Part shown: positions 1 through 11,065 of the stretch, in pieces
How positions within the stretch are numbered: the stretch's first letter is position 1
Layout: the number at the start of each line of letters is the position of its first letter
NCBI GenBank assembly: GCA_963701955.1
Contig: OY969694.1
Coordinates: 2,291,224-2,355,223 of the forward strand
Direction: 5' to 3'
Source of the DNA: an uncultured Acidimicrobiaceae bacterium
GTDB taxonomy: Bacteria; Actinomycetota; Acidimicrobiia; Acidimicrobiales; RAAP-2
Length of the DNA stretch: 64,000 bases
The notes under the pieces: generated by a model
The model's database searches: none
The model's input: the letters and a program-made list of their open reading frames with translations, nothing else
Told to the model about the DNA's origin: nothing
Translations under genes and position numbers: made by a program

Positions 1-748
<748 letters not shown>

Positions 749-752
<4 letters not shown>

Positions 753-1774
753 GCGGCTGCTCCGTGCGTGGCCGCCCAGTTCAGCAGCTCCTCGGCCGTC
801 CCCCGGTTGACCACGCGCTCGAAGGGCACCTCGGCGGCGACCGCGTTGCGACAGCCGCGCCCGAGCCACCCCAGCTGGCCCGGCGCGTGGGCGTCGGTGT
901 CGATGGCGAAGCGGCACCCGAGATCGACGGCGAGGCGCAGCAGATCCTCGGGCGGGTCCTGGCGCTCGGGCCTGCTGTTGATCTCCACTGCCGTCCCGGT
1001 GCGGGTGCACGCGGAGAACACCGCCTCGGCGTCAAAGGCGGACTGCGGCCGGCCCCGCCCGGTGATGAGTCGACCGGTGCAGTGGCCGAGCACGTCGGTA
1101 TGCGGGCTCTCGATCGCCGCGAGCATGCGCTCGGTCATCTGGGCCGCCTCCATCTTGAGCTTGGAGTGGACGCTGGCCACGACGACGTCGAGCTCGCCGA
1201 GCAGGTCGAGGTCCAGGTCGAGCGAACCGTCTTCGAGGATGTCGACCTCCATGCCGGTGAGGACGCGGAACGGAGCCAGCTCGGCGTTGAGCTCGGCCAG
1301 AACCTCGAGTTGGGCCCGCAACCGTTCCTCGTTCAGTCCGTGCGCCACGGTCAGACGGGCGCTGTGGTCGGTGAGCACCAGGTAGTCGCGACCCAGGGCT
1401 CGTGCGGCCCCGGCCATCTCCGCGATGGGACTGCCCCCGTCGGACCAGTCCGAGTGGGAGTGGCAGTCGCCGCGCAGCGACACCAGCAGCTCGGCGGCCG
1501 CTCCGTCGACCACCAGGTCGTCGGGCACCGCCTCGAGCTTTGAGAGGTAGTCGGGGACCTCGCCGCGCAGGGCCTGCGTGATCACGGTGGCGGTCGACGA
1601 GCCGACGCCTTCGAGCCGCTGGAGACGTCCGGCCCGTGCCAGCGCCTCGAGCTCGGGACCCGGTACCTCCGCGATGGCCCGCGCCGCGTGACGAAAGGCG
1701 CGCACCTTGTAGGTGTCGGCGCCGCTGCGTTCGAGGCGGAACGCGATCTCCTCCAGCGCGTGGCGTGGGTCCAC
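749..1774 (-). CDS. PHP-domain phosphoesterase with N-terminal PolX-like helix-hairpin-helix region
   Basis: This is the C-terminal 341 aa of track ORF 749..2833. GTG at 1774 begins VDPRHALEEIAFRLERSGADTYKVRAFRHAARAI...LQRLEGVGSSTA (HhH). It continues with GDCHSHSDWSDG...LVLTDHS...GMEVDI...VVASVHS...VLGHCTG...AIDTDAH (PHP metal ligands). The upstream part of the track ORF is Arg/Pro-rich shadow. Confidence 0.85.
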
Positions 1775-1776
1775 GG

Positions 1777-2793
1777 TCAGCCCTTCTTGGCCCGGCTCGG
1801 GGCGACTCGGGGAGGTTCGCCGGGCATCTTGGGGTACTGGGGCGGCCACGGCGCGTCCGGCAGCCCGTCGGCCTGGTCGCGCGCCGCGAGCGCCAGCAGT
1901 GGAGCGAGCGACTGCGGCCGCTCCGCCATGCCGGCCCACGGATTGCCGCGGCGGCGGACCAGTTCGGGCACGGTACGGATGGTCAGGGTGTCGGGCACGA
2001 CGGACTCGACCTCCTCCCAGGAGAGGGGTGTCGAGACCTGTCCACCGGGTCGTGGGCGGGCGAACCATGCGCCGAAGACCGTCTTGTGCGGTGCGTTCTG
2101 GTTGAAGTCGACGAAGACGCGGGCGCCGCGCTCCTCCTTCCACCAATGGGCAGTGATCGACGCCGGGTGCCGGCGCTCGAGCTCGCGGGCCAGGGCGACC
2201 GCGGCGGCGCGGACCTCCATGGAGTCCCAGTCGGGGAGGAGCCGCACGTACACGTGAAGCCCGGTGTTGCCAGTGGTCTTGGGATACGCCTCGAGTCCCA
2301 GCTCCTCGAGGAGGTCCCGGCAGTGCAGGGCAGCCGCCCGCACCTCCTCGAATCCGATTCCGGCGGTCGGGTCGAGGTCGATGCGAAGCTCGTCGGCGTG
2401 ATCCGGGTCGGCAGCCCGGTACGGCCACAGGTGCAGGCCGAGGCAGCCGATGTTCACGGCCCACACGACGTGGGCCAGATCGGCCACGACGAGCGCGTTG
2501 GAGGTCGTGCCGTTCGGCGTCGAGACGGTGGTCGACTCGAGCCAGTCGGGGGCGCCCGCGGGGATGCGCTTCTGGTAGAAGGACTTGCCCGCGGCGCCGT
2601 CGGGGAACCGTTGGAGCATGGCGGGCCGCCCGCCGGCGGTGGCGAGAAGGTGCTCGCCCACCTCGACGTAGTACGACACGAGATCGAGCTTGGTGGCGCC
2701 GAGTTCGGGGAAGTACACCTTCCCCGGTCGTGAGATCTGCAGTTCGCGGCCCGCGACTTCCACCGTGTGCTCGTCGTTGGTGGGCACCGGCAT
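1777..2793 (-). CDS. ligD: NHEJ DNA polymerase/primase (LigD polymerase domain, stand-alone)
   Basis: ATG at 2793 begins MPVPTNDEHTVEVAGRELQISRPGKVYFPELGATKLDLVSYY...KTTGNTGLHVYVRL...VFVDFNQN, which is typical of LigD-Pol (AEP primase fold). The 900-aa track ORF upstream of this Met is antisense shadow over the MFS gene. Confidence 0.9.
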   Translation of the reverse strand: MPVPTNDEHTVEVAGRELQISRPGKVYFPELGATKLDLVSYYVEVGEHLLATAGGRPAMLQRFPDGAAGKSFYQKRIPAGAPDWLESTTVSTPNGTTSNALVVADLAHVVWAVNIGCLGLHLWPYRAADPDHADELRIDLDPTAGIGFEEVRAAALHCRDLLEELGLEAYPKTTGNTGLHVYVRLLPDWDSMEVRAAAVALARELERRHPASITAHWWKEERGARVFVDFNQNAPHKTVFGAWFARPRPGGQVSTPLSWEEVESVVPDTLTIRTVPELVRRRGNPWAGMAERPQSLAPLLALAARDQADGLPDAPWPPQYPKMPGEPPRVAPSRAKKG

Positions 2794-2849
2794 CGACTCT
2801 AGTGACGCCGGGCCTGGCTTCACCTCGCCCCACCTCCGGGGAGCGAGGG

Positions 2850-4097
2850 TCAAGCCGGCTCGGGCTCGGCGTGATGACCGGCCACGTAGTGGCGGAATGC
2901 GGGCAGGAGCGCGCCGACGACCGCTGCGCCGGCGATGCAGACCAGTCCCCCCGAGACCACGGAGAATTCGATGCTCGTGAGCGTGGCCACCGCGCCCGAC
3001 TCGAGGTCTCCCAGGCGGGGGCCGCCCTGCACGACGGCCATCTGAATGGACGACATGCGGCTGCGGAATCGTTCCGGCACGCTGCTCTGGAGCATGGTGT
3101 TGCGCAGCACGGCCGAGATCACGTCGGCCCACCCGGCCACGGCGAGGAGCGCGAGGGCGATCCACAACGTGTCGACGAGCCCGAAGAGGGCGATGGCGGC
3201 TCCCCACACCGACACCGCCACGATGACAGCCAGTCCCTGCCGGCGCAGGTTGGGTACCCATCCCGTCGTCACGGCGCCGACCAGCGCGCCGACGCCGGGC
3301 GCCGCGTACAGGAAGCCGAGCGCCACGGTGCCGCCACCGAAGACGCTCCCCACCATGGCAGGGAACAGGGCGCGGGGCATCCCGAACACCATGGCGTTGA
3401 CGTCGATCAGGTAGACGCCCTGCAGCGCCTGTCGTGAGCGCAGGTAGCGCAGGCCTTCCCGGGTCGACCGCCACATGCCGGTTCCGGCCGCGCCCTCGGC
3501 CGGAGGAATGGGATGGAGGAGAGCCGAAGAGACGGCGGCCACGACGAACGATGCGCCGTCGAGCAGGTACACCAGGGGGAGGCCGATCCCGAGGAGGATG
3601 CCCGAGAGGGCGGGACCGACAACGGCGCCCACCTGGATGATGATCTGCATCATGGCGAACGCTGCACTGAGGTGCCGGCGTTCGACCAGTCCCGGGACGG
3701 CCGCCGTGCGGGCGGTGCTCGAGAAGCCCATCAGGGCGGCGGCCGCCGGGCTCACGAGGTAGATCACCACCAGGGAGGGGTGGTCGACCGCGGCGTTGGC
3801 GGCCATGGCGCCACTGGTGAGGACGCTGGCCGCGGCCGTCCAGATCATGATCCGCCGCTTGTCCACGGTGTCGCCCACAGGCCCGGCGGAGAGCGCGCCG
3901 GCCAGGAAGGGGACCAGCTGGGCCAGGCTCACCGCACCCACCTGGAGGGTGGAGTGGGTCAGGCCGTAGACCTGGTAGGGGATGGCCACCACGGTGAGCT
4001 GCGTGCCCAGCATGGAGACGAGCTGCCCGGTGAAGACGAGCCGGAAGTCGCGGCTCTCGCGCAGGGGTGTGGTGTCCACCAGGATCCGGCTCGGCAC
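2850..4097 (-). CDS. MFS transporter (EntS/enterobactin-exporter-like, 12 TMS)
   Basis: The 415-aa ORF reads MPSRILVDTTPLRESRDFRLVFTGQLVSMLGTQLTVVAIPYQVY... It is hydrophobic throughout with an MFS_3-like N-terminus. Confidence 0.85.
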   Translation of the reverse strand: MPSRILVDTTPLRESRDFRLVFTGQLVSMLGTQLTVVAIPYQVYGLTHSTLQVGAVSLAQLVPFLAGALSAGPVGDTVDKRRIMIWTAAASVLTSGAMAANAAVDHPSLVVIYLVSPAAAALMGFSSTARTAAVPGLVERRHLSAAFAMMQIIIQVGAVVGPALSGILLGIGLPLVYLLDGASFVVAAVSSALLHPIPPAEGAAGTGMWRSTREGLRYLRSRQALQGVYLIDVNAMVFGMPRALFPAMVGSVFGGGTVALGFLYAAPGVGALVGAVTTGWVPNLRRQGLAVIVAVSVWGAAIALFGLVDTLWIALALLAVAGWADVISAVLRNTMLQSSVPERFRSRMSSIQMAVVQGGPRLGDLESGAVATLTSIEFSVVSGGLVCIAGAAVVGALLPAFRHYVAGHHAEPEPA

Positions 4098-4148
4098 CGG
4101 AGCAGCCTACGGTCGGGTCCGACGACCCGACCGTAGGGTCGGCGCGGG

Positions 4149-4607
4149 TCAGGCGGCGCGGCGGGAGCGGAGCACCTCGAGTGCCCGATCGGCGTGCGCC
4201 CCCATGGACAGCTCCCGGTGGATCACCTCGATGAGTGTCCGGTCGGTGTCGATCACGAAGGTGACCCGCTTGTTGGGGAGGAAGCTGGCGCTCCGGGCCG
4301 CTCCGAGTTGGGCGGCCACCACTCGATCGGGATCGGAGAGCAACGGGAACCCGAGTGACTCCTTCTCGTCGAAGCGTCGCTGCTTGTCGACGGGATCGGC
4401 ACTGATGCCGACGCGCTGGGCGCCGACCGCGGCGAACTCGGCCGCCAGGTCCCGGAAATGGCAGCTCTCCCTGGTGCACCCGTAGGTCATGGCGGCGGGG
4501 TAGAAGAACAACACGACGGGGCCCTTGGCCAGGAATTCGCTCAGCCTCCGCGGCGTTCCGGTCTGGTCGACGAGCTCGAAATCGGGGACGACCTCGCCCG
4601 GACGCAT
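4149..4607 (-). CDS. bcp: Thiol peroxidase / peroxiredoxin Bcp
   Basis: ATG at 4607 begins MRPGEVVPDFELVDQTGTPRRLSEFLAKGPVVLFFYPAAMTYGCTRESCHFRD. This shows the FYP...T.GCT peroxidatic Cys motif. The longer track ORF start gives an implausible N-terminus. Confidence 0.9.
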   Translation of the reverse strand: MRPGEVVPDFELVDQTGTPRRLSEFLAKGPVVLFFYPAAMTYGCTRESCHFRDLAAEFAAVGAQRVGISADPVDKQRRFDEKESLGFPLLSDPDRVVAAQLGAARSASFLPNKRVTFVIDTDRTLIEVIHRELSMGAHADRALEVLRSRRAA

Positions 4608-4645
4608 GTCGCCCACTCTACGGGGGATCCGCCCGGACGAGTGGG

Positions 4646-5392
4646 CTACGGCTCGAAACGGAAGCCGACACCCCGCACGGTGACCAGATGGCGCGGGTTC
4701 GCCGGGTCCGGCTCGACCTTGCGCCTGAGCCGCTTGATGTGGGTGTCGAGTGTGCGCGTGTCGGTCAGCTCCTGGTCCCACCAGAGCCGGTCGATGCACC
4801 AGTCGCGCGTGACGACCTGTCCGCTGTGCGACATCAAGAGGGCCAGCAGGTCGAATTCCTTCCGCGAGAGGTCGACGGCCACGTCGTTGACGGTGACCTC
4901 TCGCCGTCCCGCATCGAGCCGGACCGGACCAACGGTGAGCACCTCCTCGTGGTGATCCGCCACGGCCACACCGCGGCGCAGCACGGCGCGCATGCGGGCC
5001 ACCAGCTCGCGCAGCCGGAACGGCTTGGCCACGTAGTCGCTGGCGCCGAGCTCGAGCCCCAGCACGATGTCGACCTCCGAGTCGCGCGCCGTCACCATGA
5101 TGATGGGCACCGGCTTGAGGCTTCGCATCTGCTGGCAGATCTCGATCCCGGACTGGTCCGGCAACATGACGTCGAGCAGGACCAGGTCGGGGTGGACTCG
5201 GTGGAAGAGCCGCAGCGCCTCGTGCCCGTCGCCGGCGGACTCGACGGTGAAGCCTTCGTGGGTCAGCCCGGACGCCAGGGCCTGGCGGTAGGACTCCTCG
5301 TCGTCGACCACCAGGACCAGGGGGCGGTTGTCCCGACCGGGACCCGTGGACGGGAGCCTGCCGGCGTTCGCCGGTGCGTTCGCGATGGCCAT
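4646..5392 (-). CDS. OmpR/PhoB-family response regulator (no cognate kinase in window)
   Basis: ATG at 5392 begins MAIANAP...LVLVVDDEESYRQALASGL...DLVLLDVMLPDQSGIEICQQMR...PIIMVTARD (receiver domain). The C-terminus ...LVTVRGVGFRFEP is a winged-helix end. Confidence 0.9.
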   Translation of the reverse strand: MAIANAPANAGRLPSTGPGRDNRPLVLVVDDEESYRQALASGLTHEGFTVESAGDGHEALRLFHRVHPDLVLLDVMLPDQSGIEICQQMRSLKPVPIIMVTARDSEVDIVLGLELGASDYVAKPFRLRELVARMRAVLRRGVAVADHHEEVLTVGPVRLDAGRREVTVNDVAVDLSRKEFDLLALLMSHSGQVVTRDWCIDRLWWDQELTDTRTLDTHIKRLRRKVEPDPANPRHLVTVRGVGFRFEP

Positions 5393-5818
5393 TGGGATCC
5401 GCTCAGGCGGCGTCGCGGGGCGGCGGGGGTGAGACCGCGGAGCGAGGGGCAGGCGACGACGGCGGACGGGGGGATGGTCGCGCCGACGTCGCCTGGGCAC
5501 GCGGGCTCATGATGTCCCGCGCCGTGGTGACCAGTGACCCGAGCCACCGCCGGCGCGGTGCCCGCTCGGGTCGGATCACGACGACCTCGGCCAGGGCGTC
5601 CTGGCCGCGATGGCTCGGGCCGCCCGATCGCGGGTGCACGCCCCGCTCAGTGCGGCCCAGTTGCCGTTCCACGGTTGCCATCGGGCCTCACGCTAGGGAG
5701 TCGAGGTGAACGAGCTGTGAAACCGGCGCAACCAACAAGTGTGCTGCAGGTGAACTCTTTTCCGGTGCGTTCCTGCTCAGCACCACTACGCTGCCTGGCG
5801 CACCCCGGGGAGGTGGGA

Positions 5819-6337
5819 ATGACGGGCTCGACCGAGCGGAGCGGAGCGACGGGTCGAGGTGCGAACTTGCGCCCGACGATAAGGATGTTGCCGGCCGAGG
5901 TGGATGCCTTCGTGGCCGGGCAGCGGACGATGACCATGTGCTCCCTCTGCCCCGACGGGTCGGTCCACGCCGTGGCCATGTGGTTCGGGTTCCTCGACGG
6001 ATGCGTGGCCGTCAGCACGAAGGCGAAGTCGCAGAAGGCGCTCAACGTGCGACGCGACCCCCGGCTGACCCTGCTCTTCGAGGACGGGCACGACTACGGG
6101 GAGCTCCGCGGCGTGGAGTTGGTGGGCCGGGCCGAGATCGTGGAGGACCCGGACAAGCTCTGGGAACTCGGCGTCACGCTGTTCGAGCGCAACCACGGGC
6201 CCTATGCCGAGGACCTGGCACCGATGGTGCAGTCCATGCTGCGCAAGCGGGTGGGGATCAAGCTGCACGTTGAGCGCACGGTGAGCTGGGACCACCGCAA
6301 GTTGGGCGGGCGTCACACCGGGACGGCCGAGCAGTGA
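5819..6337 (+). CDS. Pyridoxamine 5'-phosphate oxidase family protein (PPOX-class, probably F420-dependent)
   Basis: ATG at 5819 is preceded by GGGGAGGTGGGA. The product reads ...FVAGQRTMTMCSLCPDGSVHAVAMWFGFLDGCVAVSTKAKSQKALNVRRDPRLTLLFEDGHDYGELRGVELVGRAEIVED. Confidence 0.8.
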   Translation: MTGSTERSGATGRGANLRPTIRMLPAEVDAFVAGQRTMTMCSLCPDGSVHAVAMWFGFLDGCVAVSTKAKSQKALNVRRDPRLTLLFEDGHDYGELRGVELVGRAEIVEDPDKLWELGVTLFERNHGPYAEDLAPMVQSMLRKRVGIKLHVERTVSWDHRKLGGRHTGTAEQ

Positions 6338-6828
6338 GGTTCGACCTGGCGCTGCCGGTTGGCGTACCGCCGGAGCGCGCGGTCAGCGCCTACGGCGCGC
6401 CCAGCTTCTACGAGGGGACGGCCGGGCGTTCGGACATCTCGGTGCGCGGGGTGGTCGACCGGGAGGACCAGGGTGAGGTCGTGGTGATCCGGGTGCGGTT
6501 CGCCTTCACCGGTTCGGTGTCCTCCGCGGTACGCGCCGTGGTGGATCCGGCGAAGATGACCTGGGTGACCCGGACCGAGATCGTCCCAACCGCGGCGCAC
6601 GCGACCTGGGAGGTGCTGCCCGACCACTACCCGGACCGGCTGAGTGCCCGCGGCACGTACCGTTTCGCCGAGGGCGAGCGCGGGCCCGCCAGCACGGTCG
6701 TGCACGTTGAGGGCGACCTGAAGGTCCACGTACCCTTCGTGGGCGGCAAGGTCGAACGGGCCGTTGTCTCGGGGTTGCGCGGCTACCTCGAGGAGCAGGT
6801 GGCAAGCCTTCCGGCCTGGAGTGAGTGA
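6334..6828 (+). CDS. DUF2505 / SRPBCC-fold protein
   Basis: The GTG start forms a GTGA overlap with the upstream stop. The 164-aa product MRFDLALPVGVPPERAVSAYGAPSFYEG...GGKVERAVVSGLRGYLEEQ matches the DUF2505 pattern. Confidence 0.7.
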   Translation: MRFDLALPVGVPPERAVSAYGAPSFYEGTAGRSDISVRGVVDREDQGEVVVIRVRFAFTGSVSSAVRAVVDPAKMTWVTRTEIVPTAAHATWEVLPDHYPDRLSARGTYRFAEGERGPASTVVHVEGDLKVHVPFVGGKVERAVVSGLRGYLEEQVASLPAWSE

Positions 6829-6948
6829 ACGCACAATCCGTCCGACCCGACCGGTACGCTGCGGCTTGACGGCCGCGGCGGGTGAAGATGGCTCGACCCC
6901 CATCCCGAACAAGCGAGGCACCGTGCCTTGTCCGAGAATCGAGGCGCG

Positions 6949-7716
6949 ATGACGGTTACCGAGAGCACCCCGCCGCCCCCGGCGGTGCCCGACACGCAGG
7001 CTGCGCGCGCGGTCGAGCTGCACAAGACCTACGGAACCGGCGCGGCGACCGTGCACGCGCTGGCCGGGATCACCGTCGCCTTCGAGCGAGGGCGCTTCAC
7101 CGCCGTCATGGGCCCGTCGGGATCGGGCAAGTCGACCCTCATGCACTGCATGGCCGGGCTCGACCGTCCCACCTCGGGCCATTCCTTCGTGGGCGACCTC
7201 GACATCGGCGCACTCGACGATGCCGGCTTGACCCAACTCCGGCGCGACCGGATCGGCTTCGTGTTCCAGTCCTTCAACCTGGTCCCGACCCTGACCGCCG
7301 GCGAGAACATCACACTGCCGGTCGACCTGGCCGGCCGCAAGGTCGACCGGGACTGGTTCGACTACCTGGTGGCCCAGCTGGGGATCGGCGACCGGCTGGA
7401 GCACCGGCCCACCGAGATGTCCGGGGGCCAGCAGCAACGTTGCGCCTGCGCCCGAGCGCTCATCAACCGCCCCGACCTGGTCTTCGCAGACGAGCCGACG
7501 GGGAACCTCGACTCGAATTCCTCGTCCGAGATGCTCTCGTTCATGCGGCGCTCGGTGAACGAGTTCGGCCAGTCGATCGTCATGGTCACCCACGACCCGC
7601 GTGGCGCGTCGTACGCCGATCGCGTCATCTTCCTGGCCGACGGCAACGTCGTGGACGAGCTGGCACAGCCGACGCCCGACACGGTGCTCGAGCGCATGCG
7701 GACACTGGGGACCTGA
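6949..7716 (+). CDS. ABC transporter ATP-binding protein (MacB/LolD-like)
   Basis: It shows Walker A GPSGSGKST, signature MSGGQQQR, Walker B LVFADEPTGNLD and H-loop MVTHD. ATG at 6949 is preferred over the track TTG at 6928. Confidence 0.9.
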   Translation: MTVTESTPPPPAVPDTQAARAVELHKTYGTGAATVHALAGITVAFERGRFTAVMGPSGSGKSTLMHCMAGLDRPTSGHSFVGDLDIGALDDAGLTQLRRDRIGFVFQSFNLVPTLTAGENITLPVDLAGRKVDRDWFDYLVAQLGIGDRLEHRPTEMSGGQQQRCACARALINRPDLVFADEPTGNLDSNSSSEMLSFMRRSVNEFGQSIVMVTHDPRGASYADRVIFLADGNVVDELAQPTPDTVLERMRTLGT

Positions 7717-7717
7717 C

Positions 7718-10242
7718 GTGTGGAAGGTCACGCTCAAGGGACTGCTGGCCCACAAGCTCAGGCTGGCCCTCACCGCGCTGGCCATCGTCCTCGGAGTCAC
7801 CTTCATTGCCGGGACCTTCGTCCTGACGGACACGCTCCACAACACCTTCAACACACTCTTCGGGAACATCTACCAGAACGTCGATTTCCAGGTCCGCGGC
7901 GTTGCCCAGTTCGGCAGCGGCGGCACGGCCACCCGGAACCCGATCCCCGAGTCGATCCTCTCGACCGTGCGCGCCGTGCCGGGGGTGGAGGTCGCCGAGG
8001 GCTCGGTGACCGGGTACGCGCAGTACGTCTCGCACGAGGGCAAGGCGATCTCGACCGGGGGCGCCCCCACCCTCGGGGTCTCCTTCGACCCCGATCAGCG
8101 CCTCTCCGCGCTCCGACTGGCCCGGGGACGGGCACCAACGACAGCCGACGACGTCGTCATGGACCTGGGAACGGCCCAGAAGTACGACTTCACGGTGGGT
8201 CAACGGGTGCGGATCCTCCTGGAGGGCCCGCCACGGACGTTCACCATCAGCGGCCTGGCCCGCTTCGGCACCGCCGACAACCTGGCCGGAGCCACCCTCG
8301 CCGCGTTCGACATCCCCACGGCCCAGGCCGTGCTCGGAGAGGTCGGCAAGTTCGACACCATCAACGTGGTGGCGACGCCCGGGAGCAACCAGCAGAGCGT
8401 GCAGCGTGCCATCGCGCGCTCCCTGCCGCCGGGAGTGGAGGTCGTGACCGGCAAGACCGTGGTCGACGAGGCCACCAGCGCGATCGGCCACGCCCTGAGC
8501 TTCTTCAACATCGCGCTGTTGGTCTTCGCATTCATCGCGCTCTTCGTCGGCGGTTTCACCATCCTCAACACGTTCTCCATCATTGTGGGCCAGCGCACGC
8601 GCGAGCTGGCCCTGCTCCGCATCGTCGGCGCCAGCCGGCGCCAGGTCTTCCGGTCCGTCCTGGCCGAGGCCGCCATCGTCGGACTGCTCTCCTCGTTGGT
8701 CGGACTCGGGTTGGGGGTGCTGGCGGCGTTGGGACTCGAGGCGCTGCTCAAGGGGTTCGGCGTCACCCTTCCTTCGGGGCCGCTCGCCTTCGAGACCCGC
8801 ACCGTCGTGGTGTGCCTCGTCGTCGGCGTCGGTGTCACCGTGGTCTCGGCCATCAGCCCGGCGCGCCGCGCCGTCCGTATCGCCCCGGTGGCGGCCGTGT
8901 CCGATCAGTTCGCTCCCTCCGAGATCTCGCTCAGGCGTCGGTTCACCCGGGGCGGCGTCGTGACGCTCCTCGGCGCCGTCGCGCTGGCGTTCGGGCTGAC
9001 CGCGCCGGCCATCGCGCTGGTCGGTCTGGGCGCCGTCCTCATCTTCATCGGGGTCGCCCTCCTCGCCCCCGCGCTGGCTCGCCCAATGGCCGGTGCCATC
9101 GGGCGTCCGCTGGCGCGCCTCCTCGGGGTCTCGGGGCGCCTCGGTCGCGAGAACTCCATGCGAAGCCCATTGCGCACGGCGCAGACCGCGTCGGCGCTGA
9201 TGGTCGGCCTGGCCCTCGTCTCGGCCATCGCCGTGTTCGGGGCGTCGCTCTCGAGCTCGGCCACGAGCAGCGTGGACAACGCCATCCGGGCCGATCTCAT
9301 CGTGTCGACCCCCTCCAATGCGCAGGGCGGCTTCTCCAAGTCGGTGGCACCCACCGCGGCGGCCGTTCCCGGGGTCACGGCCACCTCGTCGGTGTACCAG
9401 GGCCAGTTCCAGGTACAGGGATCGCTCAACGCCCTCACCGCGGTGACCGCACGCGGCCTGTCGCAGACCGTGATCTTGAACATGACCGAGGGCTCGTCGG
9501 CGTCGCTGGGCGCGGGCGACCTCCTGGTGGACACGACCATCGCGAATTCGAAGCACTTGTCCACCGGGGACGTGGTGCCGGTCAAGTTCGCCAAGACCGG
9601 GACCTCGACCATGCGAATCGGGGGCGTGTTCGAGTCCAACGCACTGATCGGGAAGTATCTGGTGAGTGACGGGTTCTTCGCGACCCACTTCGACGCCAAC
9701 GAGTTGCCCGTGGCGGTGCTGCTCAAGACCGACGGCAGTCCGGGGGTGGACGCGCACGTCAGGCAGGCCCTGGCGGACTACCCGAACCTGCGTATCCAGA
9801 CCCGGGCCCAGTTCGAGCAGTCGCAAAAGGCGCAGGTGAACCAGCTGCTGGGCCTGATCTACGCGCTGCTCGGCCTGGCTGTGGTCATCGCCCTGATCGG
9901 GATCGTCAACACGCTGATGCTCTCGGTCTTCGAACGGACCCACGAGATCGGCCTGCTGCGTGCCGTCGGCATGAAGCGCAGACAGATCAGGGCCATGATC
10001 CGCTCGGAATCGGTGATCCTGGCCGTCTTCGGGGCCCTGATCGGGATCGTGGTCGGCACGGCCCTGGGCATCGCGTCTGTCGTGGTCCCTCAAGGACCAG
10101 GGATTCAACGTGATCACGGTGCCCTACGTCAGCCTGGTGGTCTTCCTGGTCCTGGCCGCGCTGCTCGGCCTGGTGGCGGCCGGCTGGCCGGCCCGGCGCG
10201 GCGGCGCGCCTCGACGTCCTGGCCGCCATCGCGGCCGACTGA
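7718..10242 (+). CDS. ABC transporter permease, double FtsX/MacB-type (about 840 aa), interrupted by two +1 frameshifts near the 3' end
   Basis: GTG at 7718 follows the ATPase stop by 1 nt. The product begins VWKVTLKGLLAHKLRLALTALAIVLGVTFIAG... The canonical C-terminus SLKDQGFNVITVPYVSLVVFLVLAALLGLVAAGWPARR / AARLDVLAAIAAD* is split over two other frames (shifts near 10085 and 10200). Length 2525 = 3n+2, consistent with two extra bases. Confidence 0.8.
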
Positions 10243-10254
10243 GCGCGGGTATTC

Positions 10255-10947
10255 CTACGTCGCCGGCTCGGGTTCGGCGGGCAGAGCGGGCGCCCGACCG
10301 GGCCGCAGCGCCGACGGCCCGATGGCCGAGTGGGCCACGACGATGTAGCCGGACACCAGCATGACGTAGGCCAGGTCGAGCAGCAGGGCCAGCGTGCCGC
10401 TTCGGCTCGAGCCGATGCTCCCGAAGACCCCGGGTGCGACGAGCGCGAAGACCAGGTAGACCGCGGTCCCCAGGGCGAAGACGAGCTGGAGGAAGTACAC
10501 GAAGCCGACGACGGCGGCGTAGGAGTGCATCACGCGCAGGTTCGGGCCGGTCACCGGCCCGTCCCCCCGGGCGGTCTCCACGCCTCGGCCCAAGTGGAGC
10601 AGCAACGTTGCGCCGGCGAGCACCACGATCAGCGCGCCGATCACGACTTGGCGCGCCACCGTGTTGGTCAAGGGTGAATCGTGCGGGGCGATGACCGAGA
10701 ACAGCGAGGTCACGATGAGCACCGAACCGGCAAAGGTCAGCTGCAGCGTGACGAAGCTCATACCGAAGAGATAGACGCTCAAGGGCCTGAGGCCGCGCTG
10801 GTCGGGCTCGGCGCGGTTGGCCACGATCAGGATGATCGGGACGAGCAACACCACAGAGAACAGGGCCAGGAAGATGGCCCCTCCGATGATGAGGCCGCCG
10901 GCAACGCCCGCCGCCAGATTCGGAACAGCAGTCGGAAGCTGGTTCAT
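10255..10947 (-). CDS. Integral membrane protein, unknown function (about 6 TMS)
   Basis: ATG at 10947 begins MNQLPTAVPNLAAGVAGGLIIGGAIFLALFSVVLLVPIILIV... with repeated hydrophobic spans. The remaining 376 aa of the track ORF is shadow. Confidence 0.65.
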   Translation of the reverse strand: MNQLPTAVPNLAAGVAGGLIIGGAIFLALFSVVLLVPIILIVANRAEPDQRGLRPLSVYLFGMSFVTLQLTFAGSVLIVTSLFSVIAPHDSPLTNTVARQVVIGALIVVLAGATLLLHLGRGVETARGDGPVTGPNLRVMHSYAAVVGFVYFLQLVFALGTAVYLVFALVAPGVFGSIGSSRSGTLALLLDLAYVMLVSGYIVVAHSAIGPSALRPGRAPALPAEPEPAT

Positions 10948-11065
10948 GTGCACCCCCGTACGGTCACGCCCGTACGCCGGGCATGCCCGGCCCGCACCGT
11001 ACGCCAGCGTCGGGCTGCGGCCGCGGATGCTGGCGCGCCGAGCGCCCCCTTCGTAGGCTGCGTCG

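Noticed and set aside
2794-4479. N-terminal 560 aa of the 900-aa ORF 1777..4479 (minus)
   Set aside because: It is Arg/Pro/Gly-rich shadow running out of frame over the MFS and Bcp genes. The LigD-Pol similarity starts exactly at the internal Met at 2793.
5403-5681. 92-aa minus-strand ORF (MATVERQLGRTERGVHPRSGG...) just upstream of the response regulator
   Set aside because: It has high GC3 but no RBS and no recognisable family, and its C-terminal half is a Pro/Ser/Arg low-complexity tail. I cannot distinguish it from a chance ORF in GC-rich DNA.
7625-10117. 830-aa minus-strand ORF and the 649-aa plus-strand ORF 7720..9669 across the FtsX permease
   Set aside because: Their composition is dominated by D/E/R/G/H with no motifs. 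The permease frame has regular TM segments and FtsX signatures.
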